Shown here: positions 25,663-39,107 of the stretch, one piece after another
How the letters are laid out: each line of letters starts with the position of its first letter
How positions within the stretch are numbered: position 1 is the stretch's first letter
Source: Octopus sinensis
Lineage: Eukaryota
Assembly (NCBI RefSeq): GCF_006345805.1
Contig: NC_042997.1
Coordinates: forward strand, 126,604,001 to 126,668,000
Direction: 5' to 3'
DNA length: 64,000 nucleotides
The notes under the pieces: model-generated
What the model was told of the DNA's origin: nothing
What the model saw: only the letters and a program-made list of their open reading frames with translations
The model's database searches: none
Made by a program: the position numbers and the translations under genes

Positions 25663-26054
25663 CTTATGTATGTATGTATGTATGTATGTATGTATGTATG
25701 CATGTCTTTGTGGTTGTGTTTGTCTGCCTGCCACTGCCTGACAATAGGTGTTGGTTTCTTTTCATCTCCGTAACTTAGCAGTTCAGCAAAAATGGACTGA
25801 TTGAATAAGTACTAAGGGTCAATTTGTTTGAATGAACCCTTCAAGGTGGCGCCCCAGTATGGCCATAGTCTAATGACTGAAACAAGTAAAAGATAAAAAA
25901 TAAAGAAACACAGAAGATTGGACATGAGCAGAAGACTACACATTCAGAGGAGACTTGACAACGACACAAAATACTATACATACATACAATTCTGTAAAAT
26001 ATGTATGTGTATATATATATACACACACACATATATATATATACATACACACAC

Positions 26055-26093
<39 letters not shown>

Positions 26094-26724
26094 AAATTGT
26101 GCAAACACTAAAGACTGTCTATATATTGGAAGAAGAACGCACACAAAATATAGCATATATACACAGAAGTCTGCACATAGATTACTGTGCACACACAAAC
26201 ACACACACACATGCATGCACACACAGAGAAAACTATGCACACACAAAACACTATATTATACACAGTTCAGACCATAAATTTACAATCATTAGGGGAAATG
26301 AAACTTTCTTCTTGTACAGGAACCCAATAATTTAGACTGTCAAGAATGTCGTTAAATTGAGTATGTAAGATCTCTAGATTTTTCTAGCAGTTTCAAAAAT
26401 CATTAAAGAATCTTAAAACTTTCTCCTAAATTTGAAGTAACATGACACTTGTTCCACTGTTTATATCATGATAATGAAGTATCCCGATTATGTAAAGGAC
26501 TGATTCTAAGAAGTGAATTCTTTTTATCTCAAATATCACTAAAAGCATAACAATTTGAGCCGATGAATGAGCTACTTTCTGATCATTCAACATGTTAGAA
26601 GCAACAACTGAAGCTCCATCAAATCACACTTTTACTGTTTTAAAAGCAAAACGACACATTTGATAATAATCTATAGATTTCAGCCAATATTCTATGTATA
26701 GACAGATGTAAACATCTTGTCTTT

Positions 26725-27366
26725 CATCATCATCATCATCGTTTAACGTCCGTTTTCCATGCTAGCAATGGGTTGGACAGTTCAACCGGGGTCTGGGAAG
26801 CCAGGAGGCTGCACCAGGATCCAGTCTGATCTGGCAGTGTTTCAACAGCTGGATGCCCTTTCTAACGCCAAACACTCCGTGAGTGAAGTGGGTGCTTTTT
26901 ACATGCTACCGGCACAGGTGCCAGGGGAGGCTGGCAACGGCCACGATCGGTTGGTGCAGGTGCAGGCATGCATGTGTGGTTAAGTATTTTGCTTCTCAGC
27001 CACATGGTTCTAGGTTCAGTCCCACTGTGTAGCATCTTGCACAAGTGTCTTCTACAGTAGCCCTGGGGCAACTGAAGCCTTGTGAGTGGATTTGGTTGAT
27101 GGAAACTGAAAGAAGCCTGTTAATGTATGCATGTGTATATTACTTTGTCTTCACATACTCTTTTACTCTTTTAGTCGTTTCAGTCATTTGACTGCAGACA
27201 TGTTGGAGCACTGCTTTTAGTCGAGCAAATCGACCACAGGACTTATTCTTTGTAAGCCTAGTACTTATTCTATTGGTCTCTTTTGCCGAACTGCTAAGTT
27301 ATGGGGCTGTACACACACCAGCATCGGTTGTCAAGTGATGTTTGTAGGGCTGAACACAGACACACG

Positions 27367-27425
<59 letters not shown>

Positions 27426-27620
27426 GCACACACACATACACACACACACACACACATACGATAGGCTTCTTTCAGTTCAGCCTACCAAATCCACTCAGGA
27501 GCTTTGGTCAGCCCAAGGCTATAGTAGAAGGCACTTGCTCAAGGTGCCATGCAATGGGACTGAACCCCAAACCATGTGGTTGGTAAGCAAGCTACTTACC
27601 ACTCAGCCACTCCTGCGCCT
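26725..27620. mobile_element. SINE cluster: (GAT)n-type (-), CORE head (+), full CORE-type (-)
   Basis: Family matches at 26725-26960, 26960-27130 and 27160-27620. Confidence 0.8.
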
Positions 27621-28329
27621 CATAGGGTAGTTGTAAATGAATGTCACTGTCATACAAGCAGTGTCATTTGGTTCCAATATTCTGAAAATGTCTGGCCATG
27701 AGGAAATATTAACTTGCTTGACAACAACAACAACAACACAACAACCACCAAATGACATCAGTTAATGACAAACTATCTCTATTGTGTACTGAAAGAGCTC
27801 TGGAATTGTCATTGCTTTGGTCATTTGTTTTCTGTCTAGTCCAACTGAGACAACTCTCAATTGTCTACTTATCAGTTCCTGGAATATCCAGCTTACCATT
27901 TTGATATTATCTTGAATCCATTCTCCATCATCCATGTTCCTGTCATCTCCACTTATCTCACATCAAGATTTCTACATCACTCGTTATTTGACATTTGCAG
28001 GGTTATGGTGCTAGGATCTAATTGCGCCATTCCCTGCCAGATCCCCCAAATAAAGAAATGGTGTATAAGTATCTGTTTAGTCAGAGGATTTAAACCAAGA
28101 AAAATAATTGAATAGACTGTAATGTGGAAATCAGAAATGGTAAAAATACAGATGGAGAAGAAACTCGTAAAAAATCCATAGATCCCACAGATATACAGAA
28201 GATTGAAATTAAAAATGATGTGAGTAAATAAGATGTCCAAGAAAGATAACAAAAAATGCAAATACTATCAGTCCTACCATTACTAAAGGCAATAATAGAA
28301 CTGAAGGAAGGTCACTCCATTGATCATCT

Positions 28330-28685
28330 CTAGAAATGGAATTTGTAGTTTGTGGTACCAGTGCCGGTGGCACATAAGAGAACCATCCAAACGTGGCCAT
28401 AGCCAGAACCGCATCGACTGGTCTCCGTGCCGGTGGCACATAAAAATCACCATCCGAGCGTGGCCGTTCGCCAGCCTCGTCTGGCACCTGTGTCGGTGGC
28501 ACATAAAAAGCACCCACTACACTCACGGAGTGGTTGGCGTTAGGAAGGGCATCCAGCTGTAGAAATACCCCCAGATCTGACTGGCCTGGTGCAGCCTTTG
28601 GGCTTCCCAGACCCCAGTTGAACCGTCCAACCCATGCTAACATGGAAAGCGGACGTTAAACGATGATGATGATGATGATGATGAT
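28330..28685 (+). mobile_element. (GAT)n-tailed SINE-like element
   Basis: Three internal units plus tail. Confidence 0.85.
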
Positions 28686-28705
28686 TTTTAGTTTTGTAAT
28701 ATCTA

Positions 28706-29105
28706 TTTCTTTACTACCCACAAGGGGACAAACATGGACAGACAAATGGATTAAGTCGATTACATCGACCCCAGTGCGTAACTGGTACTTAATTTATCGG
28801 CCCTGAAAGGATGAAAGGTAAAGTCAACCTCGGCGGAATTTGAGCGCAGAATGTAACGGCAGACGAAATACCTATTTCTTTACTACCCACAAGGGGCTAA
28901 ACACAGAGAGGACAAACAAGGACAGACAAACAGTTTAAGTTGATTATATCGACCCCAGTGCATAACTGGTACTTCTTTAATCGACTCTGAAAGGATGAAA
29001 GGCAAAGTCGACCTCGGTGGAATTTGAACTCAGAACGTAACAGCAGACGAAATACTGCTCAGTATTTTGCCCGGTGTGCTAACGTTTCTGCCAGCTCACT
29101 GCCTT
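28706..29105 (-). mobile_element. Tandem-dimer SINE (ttgcctttcatcc core)
   Basis: Two tandem bodies; ctatttctttactacccacaagggg occurs at 28706 and ~28872. Confidence 0.85.
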
Positions 29106-30360
29106 CAATTTGTAATATTTTTAAACAAAATGTTCTTCTAATTCTTCCTGAAGGATACTTATATGACCCCTGTTTTCCTTAAAGGATTCATATTGACTCA
29201 GAATCAATTCTGGATTATCCGAATAAACTTAAGAAAATATTGATAAGACATTGGTAAGAGAAACTTCTGTAATAATGCATTGGCTAGAATCTAACTATCA
29301 ATGATCTTAATATGGTCAGCGGAGATAAAATATGGAATATTATATTTGCTGGTTGAATGGTTAGCAATAGAAAGGAAGAAGACACATTCAATTGTAAAAG
29401 CAAATTGTTCCAACAATTTACAATATGTTCAAATTTTTCGAACATGGCCAACATGTAAAATTAGATGTAAGGCCACAATAATCAAACGATTAAATAAAGA
29501 AACAAAATAGAAAATAATTTCAACATAACACATTATTTCCTTCCACCACCGCATGATATTATAACAATATGCTGGTCCCCAAGTTTTGTCAAGATCTCTG
29601 GTCTTTAGCCAGAGACAGTAGAATTAAAGAGGAACCAAATTTGAGTGTCCCACTATTGATTAGATTTGACATAATATTGTCTGGCAATGCTGTGGTCGTT
29701 CCAAGCATCTATCTAGTGCCATATACATGATGATTGATAGTTGAAGAAACTACAAGTCTTCAATTTTCTTTATTGATTCTGGCTCATTTTCAAATAACTA
29801 AATGCTTTTACCTAAATCATATGGGCGGGGACAATTTAAATTTGCTAATCTTCGTTAAGTTCTTTGTAGAAATGTTCCACTAACCCGGTAGAATGCCAAT
29901 GGGAAATGAGGCTATTGGGAATTTTCAGAGCAGTGTGTAGAACTGTATGAGTTATTGAGAAGCTAAACCACAGAGATATATATGAGATTAAATATTGACA
30001 GATTTAGCAAAAAAAAAAAGAAGCTAATTATATTGATTTATTTCAATAATGTTATTAAATAATTCATTCTTCTGGTCATTTAATGAGTGTTTAGGTTTTG
30101 AGGTTGAGTTTGTCAATATAAAAGTCTCAAGACTATAAATGCTGTGATCACATGTTCAAACCTTGCAGTGGTGTTTATAAATTAAGCAATGGAGAATTGA
30201 TTATATTTCGAAAAAATAAAGAAATAAAACAAGAAAAATTCCCACAAAATAAAAGTAAACTTCAATTCTCTTGGATTTACAGTAATACTAGGCTAACACA
30301 GTTCTCTTACATAATCTAGTATTGCCTCAAAAGTTGCCTGTCCAATGCCTGCCTGTTGCT

Positions 30361-30392
<32 letters not shown>

Positions 30393-30469
30393 GTGTGTAT
30401 ATATATATATGTATCTTTAACTATATCTGTCTGTCTGTCTATATATGTATGTGTGTGTGTATATATATA

Positions 30470-30679
30470 TATACTCTTTTACTTTTTTACTTGTTTCAGT
30501 CATTTGACTATGGCCATGCTGGAGCACTGCATTTAGTTGAGCAAATCGACCCTAGGCCTTATTCTCTGTAAGCCTAGTACTTATTCTATCGGTCTCTTTT
30601 GCCGATCCGCTAATTTATGGGGATGTAAACACACCACCATTGGTTGTCAAGTGATGTTGGAGAGACAAACACAGACACA

Positions 30680-30728
<49 letters not shown>

Positions 30729-30890
30729 ATATATACACATATATGATGGGTTTCTTTCAGTTTCTGTCTACCAAATCCACTCACAAGGCTTTGGTTGGCC
30801 CGAGGCTATAGTAGAAGACACTTGCCCATGGTGCCACGCAGTGGGACTGAATCCGGAACCATGTGGTTCATAAGCAAGCTACTTACCACA
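30470..30890 (-). mobile_element. CORE-type SINE
   Basis: Family match. Confidence 0.85.
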
Positions 30891-31049
30891 CATATATAGC
30901 AATATAGCAATTGCCGATTGGAAGACACATTTTAGCCATTCAGAAGCACAAGGAGAGCGTTAACTTCACTTAAACATTTATTACTAATATGGTGCCAAAA
31001 TTTTTGTTGCTTGAAACTGCAACCTGTTCACTGACAAAATCTTTAGATG

Positions 31050-31440
31050 CACCACCCTCCCATTTCCACTCTCCTCCTCCCGTCCTCATTCCATTCCACC
31101 TTCCTCCTCCCACCTTCTTTCCACCTGTTTCCTCCCATCCTCTTGCCATTCCACCCACTCCTCCCCTTCGTTCTTTGACCTCCTTCTCCTCCTCCTTTCA
31201 CCCTCTCCTCTTGCTTCCTCCTTCCACCATCTCCTCCTCCTCCTCCTTCCAACCTCTTCTTTTCCACCTCCTCTTGCTCCCGCCTCCCCTCCTCCTTCTT
31301 CTGCCCTCTCTTCCTCCTTCCGTCTTCTCGTCCCGCCTCTCCCTTTCACATCCACACCTCATCATCATCATCATCCGTCCATCACATTCCTCCCCTCTCT
31401 TTCACTCCCCACCCTCTCATTCCCATCCTCCTCTTCACAT
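31050..31440. repeat. Pyrimidine-rich (CT/CCT) low-complexity tract
   Basis: Seen directly; a similar tract lies at 49510-49990 and a purine-rich one at 1130-1500. Confidence 0.9.
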
Positions 31441-31860
31441 ACTAGTATCTTGAAAAAAAAAAATGGATACATTTTGATAACGCAGACTTTTAAATGAGTG
31501 GTGGTGGTGGGGGGGGGGCAGCAGTGGTGGTTACAACTGGAATATCATCAGTTATAATAGTTCTGCTGACTGGATCAGAGAAAGGGCTAGGGTTAAAAAC
31601 AACAACAACAACAGCAACAACAACAGCGACAACAGCAAGAAATTTTCAACCTCATTACAGCTACCCAACTGCCCATACCAATATAATTCATTTGTCTTTA
31701 CAAAACACAAAACTTTGTCCATTTTCCAAATTATCTCATAGAGTCTAGCAGTCTGTTTGTTCACTTTTGTTCCTTTATACTTACTAATAGATATTCTACT
31801 ATTCATTAAATTCCATTATTTCAAACATTCTGTTTGTTTTGTTATTCTATTATTCTGCAG

Positions 31861-31935
31861 ATCGCTCAAGAATGGAGAGAGATTGACTACAACAATGCTG
31901 ACGTTGCAATGATGGCAATCACAAAGATAACAGAT
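31861..31935 (+). CDS. BAIAP3: Internal exon (phase 0, 25 aa) of a Munc13-4/BAIAP3-family gene, MUN domain
   Basis: Acceptor ttattctgcag, donor gat|gtaagt. The only open frame reads IAQEWREIDYNNADVAMMAITKITD, which aligns by eye with human UNC13D [26 protein letters not shown]. The symbol is family-level; BAIAP3 versus UNC13D orthology is unresolved. Confidence 0.88.
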
Positions 31936-32037
31936 GTAAGTGTTCTGTTGTAGATATACTACAGCTATATCTATATCTAGAACTGCAGTTACCACTACAG
32001 GCCATACTACAATTACAGTATATCTAGAAACACAGAT

Positions 32038-32385
32038 GGCCCTGTGCTTGGCTCAGTGGTTAGAGTGTCAGCTTCACCATCATGAAGTCGTGAGTTCGAT
32101 TCCCTGACTGGGCAGGCTGTGTGTTGTGTTCTTGAGCAAGACACTTTATTTCATGTTGCTCCAGTTCATTTACCTGTAGAAATGAGTTGCGACGTCACTG
32201 GTGCCAAGCTGTATCGGCCCCTTTGCCTTTCTCTTGGATAACACTGGTGGCATGGAGAGGCGAGGCTGGTATGCATGGGCGACTGTTAGGCTTCCATAAA
32301 CAACCTTACCTGGACTTGTTCCTCAGAGGGGAACTTTCTAGGTGCAATCTCATGGTCTTTCATGGCCGAAGTAGGGCTCTTTACT
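32038..32385 (+). mobile_element. tRNA-headed SINE (gtgttcttgagcaagacac type)
   Basis: A box tggctcagtggtt, B box gagttcgattcc; homologous to 51585-51805 and 7600-7740. Confidence 0.8.
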
Positions 32386-33169
32386 TTTTAGTTACAAACT
32401 ACATCTACAACCACAAATAAAGTAACTACTACAGCCAAAACTGCAATCCTAACCATAGCAACAGCTACAGATATAACTGAAACTATACCCACAGCTACTA
32501 TTGCAACTGTCACCTCAACAGCACTTCCATCTATAGGCAAAACCATTGGCTAAACTACAGCCATGACTACAATTACAGCTACAAACATAATTACACAACA
32601 CCACTGAATGGATTAGGGTTCAAGGGTCAGATGATGACTTCAAAAAATTAATCTAAACAGTTGTCTCATGAACCGCGTTTTGTATTCAGCAAATGAAAGG
32701 ATGAACAGTACAACTTGTACTTTGAGTCCTAGTCGGTTGGGATTGATTGATCAACCATATCAAAGGTTACTTTTTACTTTTGGCTGTAGGAAAAAAACCC
32801 CAAAAACCTCATGTAATGAAGTCTAAATCAAAATAGGAATGAAGTTTCTATATGGTTTTCTATAGTGTTGTGGGCAATCATGTTACTTCAGTGATCCACA
32901 GTCTTTAGAACCAAGGTTAGTTATATTTGAAGAACAATAAAGGAGCCATAAAGAAGAAAGGGTCCATAAGTGTGTTGGAGTAGTGGCAGTGAATTTTGGG
33001 AAGTATAGGATTTTTTAAGAATACAATGTCCTGACAACTAACGACTGATGAGGGTAATTTATAATTTATTTCATGCTTTGACAATACTGAACATGGAAAA
33101 AATGTTTCTGAAAGCCACAAGTGCTATGTTGGTCTTTGATTTTAAAAAGATGTAGAGCTACACCATTTT

Positions 33170-33655
33170 GGTAAGTTATGGAAGATTGTGTGTAAAAATA
33201 AGAGGATGTAAAGAAAGTTAAGGGTGCTTCTGTTCAAGGGTGTTGTTGCTTGAGGGTGTTATTGCTTCTCTTTGACCAGAAAGGACAGACTGTATATTGT
33301 ATGTGTGAGAGGCATGATATTATAGAGTAATGTAATGAAAACAACGAATGTGGAAAATCTGTTAATGGCTTGAGAGAAATATGTTGGATGTGCTGACTGT
33401 AGAATTGATTGAGTTGTTGCATATTAAAGAGATTGGTTGGTGCATATGTAAGAAAGACAACTGTACTGAGAGGGAAATGTGATGTGAATGGAAAAGGAGC
33501 TTTGGATACATTAATTGTGAATGATGCTTGTGAGTGAAGTAAACAAATGAAGAGATGACAAGCAGTTAGGTAAGATCTTAGAATACTAAGCCTGCGAGAT
33601 AAGATGATGCAGAACTAAAATGAATGGTAGATCTATCCAGCTCATGCTGGCATGA
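33170..33655 (+). mobile_element. Decayed RTE-type LINE 3' end
   Basis: Broken KDRLY..CVR.MIL motif; ends tatccagctcatgctggcatg, similar to the (GAT)n-SINE tail. Confidence 0.45.
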
Positions 33656-33766
33656 GGAAATGTTTTCTTGATTTACTTTAGGGAAACTTTTGTGATATTC
33701 CATCGATAAATTATTTCTTTCTGATATTTTAAATTCTAATGAAATCTAATAATGATTTTTTGACAG

Positions 33767-33871
33767 TTGATCTGTGATTCTGTCAAGTTTTATGCTGAGA
33801 AGATCCATACCATTTTGAGGAACAATAGATATTATGATGAACAGGTGCATCACTTTGATGTTAATGATCAG
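33767..33871 (+). CDS. BAIAP3: Internal exon (phase 0, 35 aa) of the same gene
   Basis: Acceptor ttttttgacag, donor cag|gtaaga, 105 nt. Reads LICDSVKFYAEKIHTILRNNRYYDEQVHHFDVNDQ, matching BAIAP3 DVCEATLFYTELLRKK and UNC13D DTCRLALVYCSLIKAR, and joins the flanking exons in frame. Confidence 0.88.
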
Positions 33872-34230
33872 GTAAGATATATGACTAATGTTAATAACCA
33901 GGTAAGATATGATTAATGTTCAAAGGACTACAAAGGGTTTATGACTGACATTAATAACCAGGTAAAATATGACTGATGTTAATGATGTTATAAGATGGCA
34001 TATTAATGAATAAATAACAAGTGATTGATGACCAGTGAACTGGTGAGATATGATTGATATAGTGTTAATGAGAATTCTAATGCTCAGTGATGTTAATTAC
34101 CAATTAAGATATGATTGAGGTGAGGGATTGGATAAAATATGACAAAAATGAGTGATTAATAAAGATAATATTGATGTTAATAACTAGATAAGATATAACC
34201 GATGTTAGTAACCTAATAAAATATGAATCA
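33857..34230 (+). repeat. Degenerate ~28-30-bp minisatellite seeded at the exon/intron junction
   Basis: Unit consensus gatgttaataaccaggtaagatatgact, at least 8 copies; the first copy straddles the donor site. Confidence 0.8.
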
Positions 34231-34314
34231 TTAGAAAAGAGCAAAATTCAGATCAGAAAGCAGCAATGAGTCAGCTGAAAAGCAAAATAACAGTAAGTAC
34301 TAAAATACACAAAC

Positions 34315-34932
34315 AGTCATCATCATCATCATCATAATCGTCGTCGTCCTCATCATCGTTTAAGGTCCGTTTTCCATGCTGGCATGGGTTGAATGGTTTG
34401 ACTGAGGTCTGGAAAGCCAGCGGCTGCACCAGGCTCCAATCTGATCTGGCCGAGTTTCTACAGCTGGATACCCTTCCTAACACCAACCACTCTGAGAGTG
34501 TAGTGGGTGCTTTTTACATGCCACCAGCATGGGAGCCAGTCAGGGAGCACTGGCATCGGCCACATTTGGATGGTGCTTTTTAGAGCCTCCGGCATGGGAG
34601 CCAGTCAGGTGGACCAAGCATTGATCACATTGAGATAGTGCTTTTTACATGCCACCAGCACGGGAGTCAGTCAGGGGGCACTGCCATCAACCATGTTCAG
34701 GTGGTGCTTTTTATGTGCCACCGGCATGGGAACCAGTCAGATGGGCCTGGTATTGATCACGTTGAGATAGTGCTTTTTACATTCCACTGGCATAGGAGTC
34801 AGTCAGGAGTCACTGGCATTGGCTGCATTCGCATTCAGATGGTGCTTTTTTACATACCACTGGTACAGGAGCCAGCCAGGCAGACCTGGCATTGACCACA
34901 TTCGGATGGTGCCTTTTACGTGCCACCAGCAA
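34315..34932 (-). mobile_element. (GAT)n-tailed SINE-like element with 7 internal units
   Basis: gtgc(t/c)tttt recurs at 34507, 34573, 34638, 34704, 34770, 34842 and 34908. Confidence 0.88.
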
Positions 34933-36556
34933 AATACATACACGTATAAGACAGAAAAGTGAACAGTATAAGAGCCATGAAGAGAAAGGGGTTCATAGGC
35001 ATGCTAGGAGTAGAGAATTTTGGAAACACAACCTTATATACACATACATACACACACACACACACACATCCATGTGCTCCAAGCCAGCTCCTAGCTAGGC
35101 CAGCTTCTGTCAAACTGTACAACCCATGCCAGCATGGAAAACGGATTTTCAATGATGATGATGATGATGATGATGATACTGTGCACCATTTCTCTTCCTA
35201 TATCTGGTCCACTATCAGCTGAGAGTAATGAGGCAGCCTCTTCACTAAAATACACTTCTCTCTCCTCTTCTTCAGGAAATTCCCCCACTTGTACAATTCT
35301 CTACTAGATTATTAACCGACTGACAATGATGATTCTTCAACAACAAACAGCATATATCTTTAAACATGTCTCAGGCATTATTCCAAGCTGCATACAATTC
35401 CACCAAGATTATTTACCATTATCTGCAATTTCACTGCAACGCACACATCTCTTTCAACTCTCCGCTTTTAACTCTCTTTCTCTCCCTATGTCAGTGTGTG
35501 GTTTGTGTGTGTGTATGTGTGTATGTGTGTGTGTACACACACACACACTTATTTACATACATACATACATACATACATTACTACCTCTATACATATACAC
35601 ACATACGCATATGTATATATATACATACATAGTTAATATGTACATATATACATGTATATTTATATATATATAAATATTTACATTTATACATGCGTGTGTG
35701 TGTATATATATATAAGTATATATATATATATATGTGTGTATGTATGTGTGTGTGTATATATACACAAACACACACATAAAAAAGTTCTGTTTCTTTTCGA
35801 GCCAAATAAGTCTAACAGATGACACATGCCTGCACACATGCCTCGTATACACACACACACACAACATCCACACACCCACACCCAAACCCCCACACAAACA
35901 TGCGCACCCCCACACACTTATGCACACAAGCACGGACACATACAAAGCAACTGATTCTTTTTAAAATTGGAACCTTATTGCAATGTCGGCTTTGAATGTT
36001 CAGTTCTGTTATTGACGGCAATTTTAGGGGAAATGAGAGATGAGAGTAAATTGAGGCAGGAGCTGAGATATATACTTCAGCATTTTTATTAAGTTCTTTC
36101 ATGTGTGCATGTGTGCGTACATATATGTATGTGTGTGTGTGTGTGTGCGTATATATATATATAAATATGTGTATGTATATAGGTGAGTATATATGTGCTA
36201 TGACCTTCATAATCATCATCACCATCATGATCATCTTCCTCATAATGCACACAGTACATTGTATGTATAAATACAGTTGTGTGTAGGTGTATATATGTGT
36301 AAGTATATGCTTATGCTTGTGTGTATGCATGCCTGTGTACATGTGTGTATATATACATACATATATATGTATATATATATGTATATATATATATATATAT
36401 ACACATTGATATCACCGTGACTGACCAGGCTATCAGATGTTGCTACACATCGCTGGTCACAATGCGCTTAGCATTGTTTTAGCCTTCAAATGACGCCACC
36501 TCGCTGGCTAAGCGAGCAGCCATATATTTATATATGTATATATATTATATATATAT

Positions 36557-36589
<33 letters not shown>

Positions 36590-36625
36590 TATATATAATA
36601 TATATATATATATGTATGTATATAT

Positions 36626-36656
<31 letters not shown>

Positions 36657-36944
36657 TATATATGTATGTATGTTATTTGTATGTAGGTGAGTCATCATCT
36701 TAATCATCATCATCATTATTTAATGTCCATTTCCCATGCTGACGGTTTGGCCAGAGCTAGTAAGGCCAGGGGCCTCATCAGGCTCCATTGTCTGTTCTCT
36801 CATGGTTTCTACAGCTGGATGCCCTTCGTAATGCCAAGCACTCCACAGAATGCACTGGGTGCTTTTTATATGGCACCAACAGCAGCAGCATTTCTTATGT
36901 GGCACCAGCACCAGTATCAATTCCGTTGTGGTGGACATGTCTTC

Positions 36945-37320
36945 TTGAATACAGCAACATGTTAGATATCTCAGTCCTTAGTCATCTCCTCCATAAGGCT
37001 CTGTGTCTTGGGATTGACCTTCATTACTTTGTCCCATGTCTTTCTGGGTCTCCTTCTTCCGCAAGTTTCATCCACTTTCAGTGATTGACACTTCTGCAAC
37101 TATCTACATCCATATACATCACATGACCAAACCAGCGCAGTCTTCTCTCTTGCACACTGTATCTAATTCTTCTTATGCCCAACTTTTCCCCCAAGAGACT
37201 TGTGCTCTGTGGCACAGGTACACTGACACTGTATGTCAAATGGTACATACTAACTTTATTTCCCTCTAGCCTTTGCATGTCTTCTGCATTCCGGGCCCAC
37301 ATCTCACTAACATGTATCAT
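36945..37320 (-). mobile_element. RTE-type LINE 3' fragment
   Basis: MIHVSEMWARNAEDMQRLEGN...LGEKLGIRRIRYSVQERRLRWFGHVMYMD. Confidence 0.85.
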
Positions 37321-37384
37321 TGACACATATATATATATATACATATATATATATGTATATATATAATATATATATATATATAAT

Positions 37385-37429
<45 letters not shown>

Positions 37430-37434
<5 letters not shown>

Positions 37435-37690
37435 AGTACCCTCTGACTGATCCCTGTGCCGGTGGCATGTAAAAAGCACCATCTAAATGTGGCCGATGCC
37501 AGTACCCCAGTGGGACATAAAAAGCACCCACTACACTCATGGTTGGCATTAGGAAGGGCATCCAGCTGTAGAAACATTGCCAGATCAGATTGGAGCCTGG
37601 TGCAGCCACTGGCTCTCCAGACCTCAGTCAAACTGTCCAACCCATGCCAGCATGGAAAACAGATGTTAAACGATGATGATGATGATATAT
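37430..37690 (+). mobile_element. (GAT)n-tailed SINE-like element
   Basis: Family match. Confidence 0.85.
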
Positions 37691-38579
37691 AAGCATGCAT
37701 TTTTGTATGTTTGTGCGTGCATGTGTGTATGTGTGTGTTAGTGTATGTACATGCATATGTGTAATTACAAAAATTTGTTTTATAATCACAAGATTCTGTG
37801 TTGAGTCCCAGAGTGCACTATTTTGAGCAAGATGTCTTCCACAGGAGTTTGGGGTTGACTCAAGTGTTATGACTGAACTGAAATGAGTTGACAGAAACAG
37901 TGTGGAATGTAGTCCAATGTATCCGCATCTGTAATTTACCAGACTCTGTCTTGCCACGCTGTGTGTCACACTGAGAATCTACTCAAGGGTGACATTGAGT
38001 GTACAAATGCCTGAAGAATATACAGGTACTTGTATGCTCAAGAAAGTCCCAAGCTAGGTGAGAAACCACTTCATGTAAGAATCTATGAAGAAAGAAATAT
38101 TAAGATGAAAGGAATGAATTTACATTAGACTTGAAACAGTTCAGGTCATAAAAAGTGGGGAGAACAATGAAATGGAAGAGAGTTCCGAAGTTTGGTATTT
38201 CAAGGAAAAAAAGCTATGATTATTGAAAGTCTTCTTTGTTTGTGGAAACACAACAACATCTGGATAAAGATGCTGTGAGTTCTGAGTTTGGTGAGATGGC
38301 ACAAAGCGATTGGGAACCAAGAGAGAAAGTTCATCAAAGCACTTCCTGTGGCAATAATAGCTGAATAGATTAAGGCTGGTGATGTCACATCCATGTGACA
38401 AGGCTTGCAGAGTTGAAGCAAGAGACGGACCAATCAAATTAGAGACTTGCTTCTGAGTAAGTGTTCCATAGACATATGTATCCATAGTAAAATCCTCAGA
38501 CAGAATCATGGTGATAGACATGGCTGCACCTTTATGGATTACAAGTTTACACCAGTTTCGCATAGCCCCAGCTCATCCA

Positions 38580-39045
38580 AAGTACCTTGGATTGCAGGCT
38601 GAACAACCTGCTGTGCTTACCTTGGATCGTAGGGTGACCTGCTGTGCTTGAGGAGACCTATTGAGTCAAGAACATCAACGTCAAAATGAATATCAAATGG
38701 AAATTGTAGTTGTGATACCTGTGCCGGTGGACGTAAAAAGCACCATCTGAACGTGGCCAATGCCAGCGCCGCCTTAACTGGCTTCTGTGCCGGTGGCATG
38801 TAAAAAGCACCAACCGACTGTGGCCGCTGCCAGCGTCCCCTGGCATCTGTGCCGGTGGCACGTAAAAAGCACCCACTTCACTCTCGGAGTGCTTGGCGTT
38901 AGGAAGGGCATCCAGCTGTAGAAACACTGCCAGATCAGACTGGAGCCTGGTGCAGCCTCCTGGCTTCCCAGACCCTGGTTGAACCATCCAACCCATGCTA
39001 GTACGGAAAACAGACGTTAAACGATGATGATGATAATGATGAAGT
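38580..39045 (+). mobile_element. (GAT)n-tailed SINE-like element
   Basis: Family match with three internal units. Confidence 0.85.
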
Positions 39046-39107
39046 GCATTTCACCTGAAGGGTTTCTATAGTTTCTGTCTATGGGTTACAGGCCGATCCA
39101 ATTCTAT

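Noticed and set aside
28115-28219. Open frame DCNVEIRNGKNTDGEETRKKSIDPTDIQKIEIKND ending at gtgagt
   Set aside because: No polypyrimidine acceptor, an in-frame stop just upstream, and no homology recognised.
29185-29253. Possible 69-nt exon IHIDSESILDYPNKLKKILIRHW with aaag|...|gtaag
   Set aside because: Phase 2-2 does not join the phase-0 exon at 31861, and no bridging exon was found.
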